From: Ruditapes philippinarum
Taxonomy: Eukaryota
Assembly (NCBI RefSeq): GCF_026571515.1
Contig: NW_026859747.1
Span: 310,001-374,000, forward strand
Direction of reading: 5' to 3'
DNA length: 64,000 bases
Shown here: piece after piece, positions 54,651-64,000 of the stretch
Layout of the letters: every line of letters begins with the position of its first letter
Numbering within the stretch: the first letter of the stretch is position 1
Notes under the pieces: generated by a model
Seen by the model: the letters and a program-made list of their open reading frames with translations, nothing else
Told to the model about the DNA's origin: nothing
Databases searched by the model: none
Translations under genes and position numbers: made by a program

Positions 54651-55467
54651 TAACCATACCGTATGTAGCCTTGTCCTTTTTTCACGTATGTGGAAAGTCA
54701 GATGAATTTTTCCTTTTATTTCACAATATCATTGTCCGTTTGGTATTAAAATCATCACATACATTCGGGTTTGCATTTTATAAACTGATAGATGATTGAA
54801 CATTATTCTGTCTAAGATGTCACGAATCAAAGAAAAAAAGTATTCAATATATCAGTACATATTCTCTGATTAAATAAAATCGAATAAATAGTAGAGTATT
54901 TATTTATTAACGAATAATAACACTTTGTTTGACTAAATATGAAATAAAATGTCGCTGTATGAAATCCAAATATATTTTACAATCATTTTAAAGGAGAGGA
55001 AGCGGCCATAAAATATACATACTACGTAAATCTAAACATATTATTCACAGCTATATTCTTAAGTCTAAAGTTTGTATGCATAATAAAATCTAAAATAAAT
55101 CATATAACTTGGTCTAAGACAAAAACTTTATTTAAAACAATATTTTCAAAGTTTTAATGGACTGTTGTCTTTTCCTGGACTGATAAAAGCTATTATTTTT
55201 ATTTTATTTTTTGCAATAAAAAGTTAAAGTTGTTTTGTTTAATAAAATCATATCTTATTTTTCAAAGAATCAAATGTTCATTAAAACCTAAAGCAACTGT
55301 AAATTTCGCATTAACATGCTTATCAGACCTAGCCAGTCTATCAATACATTTAATGTTTTGACTTTTAAGGAAGTAATTTTCCTTCACCTTTGTTTCAAAG
55401 ACAGGAATCAAATATTAAAGCTCTCAAAATGTACAGGAAATCATTTTATACTTATTCCATACAAATA

Positions 55468-56306
55468 CGAGGGGTTATCCAAAAATTCGTGGACTTTTTA
55501 AATATCTCTTGAACGTCAACGTGTATTGTAATGAAAATTTATCAGCATACATTGTAGAATATTATCAACACATTTTGAAAGGATCAGTTAATTGTGTCAA
55601 TAAATAATGATTTTGTATTGCTTTTAAATAAGCACATACACGGCACCCGGCGCACGGTAGAAAAACGTAGTAAGTCATCGTATATTTCTTGCTAAAAAAA
55701 TAAAAAATTTACGTAGAAAACCCGATGAACATCGCATGTTTTTTCTATGATGTCATTTAAGTAATTCTTTAAAATAATGGATGTCATTTCCGTTTATTTT
55801 TGTTGATATCGCTAGAAACGCCAGACGCCTTTATTGTTTACAACGGGAAAATGACGGACACGCGGTAATTAGAAAATCGCACGATCATAAACGATCATAA
55901 TTTTTTGTTGTAATTTGGAAATGACACCTACAAAGACATTTGATAAAAAATCAGCAGACGAACAGAGAAAAGAAAAAATCACGATCATTAGTGTTAAAGT
56001 GGCATAAAAAATTAGTGATGAACATTACTTTGAGAAGCAGTAACCGTCATTGACTGCGTAACGTTGAAGCACAAGTTGTACGTTAATATTATGACGTTGA
56101 CGTCAATAACTTTTTAGAGTGCGCCGCTATCGCCGACATGTGTTTATGTAAAATTAAATATTGTTGTAATGTAAGAAGCTACTCACATAAATTTGTCTGT
56201 GTTTATTTGTTGTTAATTCTTCTAAGCAGTGTAAGAATTTTAAATTAATATCTCAAATATATTTTACGCAACAAAGAAAGTCCACGAATATTTGGATAAC
56301 CCCTCG
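55468..56306 (+). mobile_element. Mariner-derived MITE, 839 bp, TA target-site duplication
   Basis: TA|cgaggggttatccaaaaattcgtggacttt ... aaagtccacgaatatttggataacccctcg|TA; empty site acaaaTAagt at 62411-62420; internal relic of the transposase N-terminus. Confidence 0.95.
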
Positions 56307-56739
56307 TAAGTGAAGAGCCTTCATGTGAGAAGACAAATTTGCAATTTAAGTTCAATAAATCTAGTAGCGTCTAGAGATAAAAACATTAACACATTTGTAC
56401 ATGTAGGTCAACTATTGCTAGTTAAGTCAAATCATCAGACGTATTACCTAACCCTAGTACGTTTGTAATTAATTTTTTAATTTGTGTAAATGAAAACAAA
56501 ATGGTTTCCTCCGCTTTTATAATAACACTTTGTTTCTCAAAACATATTTTTACTGAATACAAGATTTTTTATACATATGATAATATGCTAAATTTGATTA
56601 CAGATTTGTACGCATTTTGAAATAAAAAGTTACATTATAATTGTTAATTTTGTAAATACGTATCAGGGATTTTAGTACTTAAAAAGTTCATTCTATATTT
56701 TCGAGGTCAAAAGAAGGTATTTATTGTTATACAAGATGA

Positions 56740-59700
56740 AACCTGGACAAAACCATACATCACAGTTAGGCAAAATTTCAAAATATGTACTGACTAAAAC
56801 CGAACAGTGCTGACAATGATCCGACAGACAGCGTGAATATAACGACTTTTCTTGCTCTGCTCTGGTCGTATGGCCAGTAGGCTGTAAGTGGAAAGTCTTG
56901 TCATTTTCAAAACTGAAAAAAGTAGAATGATAAGGTCCATACAAGAAAACAAAAAGATGAATATTTTTTATTTCATCACCTTTCTGATAGTTAAAGACCA
57001 CAAATGTTTGATATCCAGAAAAGAATGGAAAGTAGACATATTTACCAATATTACAGGCTCAGTATAGACTTAAATTGACTTCTCCCGTTCAATCAATGAT
57101 TTGAAAGCCATTTGTGAAACTATTTGTGTTTTCTTTAAGGTTATTGCCATCAATGTCAACATCAAATAATGATGTTTTGTCCTGAAATTATATCAACACT
57201 GACATGGCAACTGTAAATGTGTTGAAAGAATTTAAATGCAGATGATAAAAACGCTTCTGTTTTTGTTTTTTGTTAAGATTCTTTTGAAGATCAATGTTTG
57301 GATTCGTATAAAGTACATAATATAAAACTACTTGCATGAAAAAGAAAACATTATTTTGAAATATTTATTTCAGATATTCTGCGCGCAAATGTTTTGGTTA
57401 AGTCGAGATGTATGTCTATCAGAGAATATCTGGATAATCTATATGACGTCATTGGTACTCTGACTGCTGACACAAGTGTTACAATTTTACGCAAGTTAAC
57501 ATAAATGGAAAAGTAATTCGTATTATCCCATGTTTTATCACAAGATAGTGGATAGAAATCTCTTTATTAGAAAAGGGTTAATTTCTTGTATGTCTAATTG
57601 TGTAAACCTGCCATTTTTTATTTCATACTCATCATACTCATTGTGGCTATGTTTTATTGATTGTATTTCATATATTAATTTATAATCATGACTAATTTTG
57701 GCATTTGTCTTATCAAACAATGATATATAACAGTAACTTTAAACTATAGATATCGGTATTTAAAAAAATTATACAAATATTCTAGATGTATCAATTATCT
57801 TATTTTCAACAATACTTTTTATTTAGATACCGCGATAAAAGATCGTTCACTTATTCAACACAACAACAAACTAAATTTATTTTAGCTGAACATGCTTTGG
57901 TAAATTAATATCTTTCTTGCAACATTTGATTCCCTTTAAGGTTTAGATATACATCAAATTTACACACTTTGTCTGACAAATTCTGATATTTATATGAAAT
58001 TTCCGTGTTATGTTAGTGTTATTTGCAGAAATAATTTCAAATACCAGCATTTTGACTGTAGTATAATATCTCATTCAAGAATTTTCGAATTCAGAATCTA
58101 AATATCATGAGAAGGATTTCTATTCTATAGAAGTTGTGGTGAATATTGAGAACAAAGCGTATAATTTTCTTGCATATCAGACAAGATTATCTACCGTTTT
58201 CACCTCTATCTTACACCCCCTTGTAAGACAAGTCTCGTGCTTTAAATGACGTCATTGCCGCGTGCCTTTTATAACTTGTGTTCCAAGGATGACGTCATTT
58301 TACGGTTACGAATGAAGTTTGTAAGTTCATTCGCTACTATAAAAATTACGTAATGAAAATATCAGTTTTTGTAATTTCTGTTCCGAAAATATTAATGATT
58401 GACATGAAATATGCAAGAAAAGGAATCAAACACCGGCTGTCGGTACAGACGAGAATATCTAGATCTCGGGTAACTGTTTAGCGTAAAACTCGGCAGAGCC
58501 TCGTTACCGCCGTAAACAGTAAATCTCAAGCTAGATATTCCGGTCTGTTAAGATTCTTATAATCATTATACTTAGAACACCATATTCTTGTGTGTAAATA
58601 CATGTGCTAGTATATAGAATGCATTTTATGTCGTTATTCTTTCGGATTTTTCCAGAATATTTATAAGGGCCACCAATAATGTCACTTTAAACATAGTTAA
58701 AGCATGAATTAAATAAAGATAGAATAATTGATTCGTAAGTGTAAAATAGGCATCGTCGGGTCGCAAATGTAATAAACTTTTTTTTAATTTTTATTTTGTT
58801 CGAATGCTGACAGACCGATTTTTTCTTTTTGCAAAAGGGCTATTTAATTTCCGAAATCAATCAATAATTAATTCCTCAAGGGTTGACTGCTATTGCACAC
58901 TATTTTTATTAACGTTAAATTTAGAAACTATTTTTTTATCAGAGAATATGATAATGCAATCATCTCTTGATAAAAGTAACTCATGTCTCGGAAACTCGGT
59001 TCAAGTTAGGTGTTGAATTCTTTTTAGGCGTAACTTTCAACCGAGCCTTCAACATGTTAAGTTTTGCCGTTTTGAACGTTCTTCAGAAATTCTTATTTTC
59101 TCTATTTTACCCTTATGCTCTTCTAATGCAATATGCTGCACACAGTTTGTATATACGTTCATAAAGCATTCACAGGCATCATAGCTATTGTCATTAGATT
59201 ATTTATTTTACAAATAATAAATATGGCGAAAATTAAAAGTATTTGTTTAAAAAATGTACCTACTCATACAGAAAAATATCGGAGGTAAACCTTGCAAAGA
59301 GGGTAGTCTAGCTGTATTTCAAAGAATTTAGATAACGAGAACTAACATTCATTTTTTGCCAGGATTGAGGAATGGTTCGGGCACTATAAACTATTGTTTG
59401 GCTGTAGTCAATGTACTGCCTATGTTTTTTAAACCAGACAGACCGCGCATATGTTGAGGGGTCAACCATACTACATTCGTGACGTCAACAAAGTCTAACC
59501 ATTCTGAAGTTTTCGCATTGAATGGTTGAACTACTGTTACCATTACTAGACCGAAACTCTGACTTTAGTCATTAACATGTTAATAAGATCAGAAAATAAA
59601 CACCTTAAATGACCATAGTGTCGTTACAGTGACGTAATGATATCTATGCGTTTTAAATAGTAACATTTTTAATGAAAGAACTGTTACTGTAACAGAAGTT

Positions 59701-62420
59701 ACTACTTGTTAATAAGCTTAAACAAATAATCGTTGGTATTAATGTTTATTTTATTCAAATAATTGGATCTAAATTCTGTAATTACAAATATACGATATCT
59801 TGTAATTTGTTTATTGTAAGCCATTCAAGTTAATTTAAACCTTCTGAGAAAATGAAAATTAATTATTTACGATGCTGTACATTAAGACAAGAAACATTGC
59901 ATTAAATAATGATACAGTGTGTTTTACATGAGTGGATTGCCGTTTGTTAAGAACATTATATAATTTATGTTGTTTACCATTCTATATTGAAATTCACACA
60001 ACTGCTATTTCCTATTCTGAGAAATCCATAAACTATTTGACAGCTTTATTCATTCATTTTTGTTCGATTTTTTGTCGGGGCTTCTTCTCTTTTATAGAGG
60101 TCAACGTGTTTTTACGGAAGTACAATATCCCTAAGAGAATAAATAGGTTGATGTGAAAACCACTACAACTTTTGTGTTTGAAATAGTAAAAGAGTAAAAC
60201 ATATTGTGTACCAACCACCACAATTAATATATTATATTTTTTATCCTCAGTTTCATATAACACAATGCCTGTCAAAGGATTGTAAATACCCCAGTGAATT
60301 CTTTTCAATACCATCTGTCTTAAAAAACATTTGGTTGTGACAGTTTTACCAGTGTCTATGTGGTTATTAAATTGCTGTGCAAACAATGAGTAAAATGCGT
60401 TATCATACAAAAGGTAAACAACAATTCATTTCATTGGTTTACACTGTACAAGTACGTTGCTACACTGCTTTAAATCAAATGATTAAAAGCTCATCCCTTG
60501 TGATTAAAATTCCTCTCCTCGTAACTGTTGCTGTGCTTAAGAAACTTGAAAATGATAATAAATTGATCTCATTAGGATATATATAATAAAAAAGTATAAT
60601 TACAGCACCAACAATATTAAATGATATATGCTCATTTCGTATTTTATCAGTAACAAAACAAAAACAAAACAAAAACACACTAATGACAGCCGTAGATAAA
60701 GATTTCTCATTTTAAATTAATGTTGCGATAAATTAACCGTTCATTAGAACAAACATCATAGTAAATCATAGAAGGCCTATCATTAAATATAATTGCGTGA
60801 AATGGATATAAATTGTTGAAACTTTTATCTTTTAAATAATTTTACTGTGTGTATTTAAATTGGTAAATTTCGTTGCTTACATAGGAATAAAAGCTAAAAT
60901 AAATTCAAGTCTTAAAACTTCTTGCTGAATTAGCAATCAGTTTGAAATATTTCTAAGCAAATAACAAAACAAACAAAATAATAACAATAAATACTTACTT
61001 ACAGCTATTTTAGTTCAAACTGTTGTAATGATATTAAATGAAGCAAAAAAACTCTTTCACTTAAAGTAATTTATTTAATTTATAGTTAACATGATTTCCT
61101 TGTTAAATCAAAAATCGTGTCAACCTAACACGCATTAGATATGAACGATAATGTTGGTTCTTACCAGATACCATCACTTATGTAACAAATCTTATATTTA
61201 AAGCTGCAAGCATGAAACAGTATAATGCACTATAATAAACATATAGTGTTTGCTACAAACACGTTACAATTGTGCACGAAATTACAACATAGCTGAATTT
61301 AATGCAATTGTACCGTCGCTTAATGATTAATTATCAGAGGAAATACCACTTTATGTTTATTAAAATGAAATAAAGATAGTATGAATTTTAGTCATACAAT
61401 GTTTTCCTGAGACAGTAATTGGCTAAGGCAGTTATTCACTTATGAAACAAATATCATAATATGTTTAATGCAATAAAAGATGTTTTTCACCAGATTATTA
61501 TCGACAATACATTTTCGTTTCTAGCTTCCAAAAATAAAGAATTATTATTCATTATAAACAAAATTAACTTGTACTAAATATTTTTGTTACATAGTGTTAT
61601 AACCATAAAAACGTAACTATGTAACCTTATCCCTTTTTCACGTTTGTGGAAAGTCAGATGGATTTTTCCTTTTATTTCGCAATATCATTGTCCGTTTGGT
61701 ATTAAAATAATCACATACAATCGGGTTTGCATTTTATAAACTGATAGATATAAAACACATAATTCTGTCTAAGATGTAACGAATCAAAGAAAAAAAAGAA
61801 ATATTCAATATATCAGTACATATTCTCTGATTCAATAAAATCGAATTAATAGTAGAGTATTTATTTATTAACGAATAATAACACTTTGTTTGACTAAATA
61901 TGAAATAAAATGTCGCTGTATGAAATCCAAACATATTTTACAATCATTTTAAAAGAGAGGAAGCGACCATAAAATATACATACTACGTAAATCTAAATAT
62001 ATTATTCACAGCTATATTCTGAAGTCTAAAGTTTGTATACATAATAAAATCTAAAATAAACCATATAACTTGGTCTAAGACAAAAACTTTATTTCAAACA
62101 ATAATTTCAAAGTTTTAATGGACAGTTGTCTTTTCCTAGATTGATAAAAGCTATTATTTTTATAATAAAAAGTTAAAGTTGTTTTGTTTAATAAAATCAA
62201 ATCTTATTTTTCAAAAAATCAAATTTTCATTAAAACATAAAGAAACTGTAAATTTCGAATTAGAATGCTTATTAGACCTAGCCAGTTTAACAATATAATT
62301 ATAATATTTTGACTTATAAGGAAGTAAGTTTCCTTCACATTTGTTTCAACAACAGAATTAAATATTGAAGGTCACAAAAAGTACAGAAAATCATTTTGAA
62401 CTTACTCCATACAAATAAGT
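56740..62420 (+). repeat. Tandem segmental duplication, copy 2
   Basis: Collinear with 49694-56311; carries one private insertion (58165-58560). Confidence 0.95.
58165..58560. mobile_element. Non-autonomous fold-back element with a long 3' hairpin
   Basis: Absent from the paralogous site (~51112-51122); perfect 13-bp IR 58165-58177/58409-58421; hairpin 58446-58547 with apex ggcagagcc. Confidence 0.85.
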
Positions 62421-63687
62421 ATTTTCTGTCTGCCTTGCAAAATAATGTTTCCTAATATTAAGATTGTTTTGTGACAAATAAATGGTAGCTATTGTAACTA
62501 CATCCGTTTTTCTGTCTGCACAGATACAATTTGTAAACAAAAGGCTACTGCCGTGGCTGTTATAAGTATTTACTTCGTGACTTTGATCATTATGTTAGAC
62601 AATTTTACAAAGCAACATGGCGACACTTTTAGCTTAATTTACTGGTATCACTTTCAAATCAAGTCTGCTAGACAATTTAAACAAAAGTTGCATGGAGAGA
62701 ATGAGAAAAACTGTAGAAAATAATAAATCAAGAGTAAGTTTGTTGTTACAAATACCTTCTCAAGAGCGTTAAAGGCTATCAAGATTTATTGTCCTATCGT
62801 CAAGGACGTGTTCCAGTTTTATAACATCTAAGTAAGCGAATAATGACTATATCGTGTATAGCTTGTTTAATCTGTAACTGCTTAACTTTAAATTATCTTT
62901 GAGATTCAAATATTTAAAACATCACGGAAAAGAAAGTAAAACTATAAATGCGCGACATATCATGAATCTTTTAATTATACAGCGATATCTGAAATAACAC
63001 TGCTAGTACTTTTAAGTTTTCATATCTTTATTCTTGTTAGTTTTTTTTTAACTACACACACTTCATTATGCATGACACTTGTACATTTGTATATAACATT
63101 TAACTGAGTTATATGAAAGTTCTATCGTCTCATATTTATATTTGCTCTTTATATATAATGAATTAACAGTTTATTTTGACGGACATTCCTGTTAAAAACC
63201 TTTATTGCACAAGGAGTCTTGAATTAGAAGTGTTTGGTTTGCTATCAAAGAGAGTGTTTGTTTGTAAGAAAATTGATAAATTTTGAGGAACATCTTGTTA
63301 TTCACAATTCGATTTGCAAAGGATAAATAACACATTAACTATGAATGTTTGGTGTTTCATTTAATCATAAACTTATTTTTGATTGCAAATGTTTCACGGA
63401 ATATCATCCCTTTTATTATCTCTTTCATTTAATGTAGTCTGGTTGGGTTGACGGAAGTATCAACCCACACATTGAAATACCAATAAAACAATTTTATTTT
63501 GAAAATATTTTTCGTCAGACAAATATTTCACATGGTGATAGGCACTCCTAACATTCTTAAAACATATTAACAATCTAACATACTAGATATTTAAAAAAAT
63601 GAAATGTATTGACATTTGGTATAAATGCATCAAAACTAATCTTTAATGTCATTGATTTGCCTCTTTAAAACGTATAGCTTCAGAAAA

Positions 63688-63778
63688 AGGAGCACCCCAG
63701 GTCTTTATCCACCAGTAAAGCCGGAAAATTGCTATATATCCTATGCTATGTTGGAGCGACGTAAAACCGAACCAAAAA
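63688..63778 (+). mobile_element. SINE 3' fragment (MetaSINE-like)
   Basis: ggagcaccccaggtctttatccaccagtaaagccggaaa...cgacgtaaaaccgaaccaaaa. Confidence 0.65.
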
Positions 63779-64000
63779 GGTAACAAATTGTCAAGGGCTG
63801 ACGATTAACAATTTGGTATTGAAACACATGATTGACACTTTATCCAATGTTCACTTATATCTTGTTTCTGTCATGACATTTGACTTTATTTATTATTTAT
63901 TTTATAAATGCCATTTGTTTTAATCGGCTTGAAAGATGGAGAAAGGCGGCATCCATTAAATACACCTAACACTACAAATTAGTCAGGTCGCAGACAATGT

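Larger units (their letters stand above)
49694..56311 (+). repeat. Tandem segmental duplication, copy 1
   Basis: Collinear with 56740-62420 from aaacctg.acaca.. to catacaaaTAagt; carries two private insertions. Confidence 0.95.

Overview
AT-rich eukaryotic genomic DNA with two N-gaps. The repeat content (MetaSINE-like SINEs, pearl/HINE-like elements, Kolobok-type MITEs) suggests a mollusc, probably a bivalve; this is inference. Two real protein-coding genes face each other about 35 kb apart. (1) A + strand spliced ionotropic glutamate receptor-family gene of the variant IR type: 9 confidently reconstructed exons at 1374-8286 (1500 nt, 499 codons plus stop), with a probable extra exon at 926-1033 and the 5' end unresolved. 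(2) A - strand class A GPCR with a single coding exon (43300-44400) and non-canonical ENY and NLxxY motifs. Between them lie a dead mariner, a doubly truncated LINE, several MITEs, SINEs, HINEs and minisatellites. The right quarter is a ~5.7 kb tandem duplication (49694-56311 and 56740-62420). Its copies differ by three independent TE insertions, contain near-identical islands, and may carry duplicated promoter and 5'UTR exons of the GPCR. No prokaryotic-type system (CRISPR, operon) is supported.
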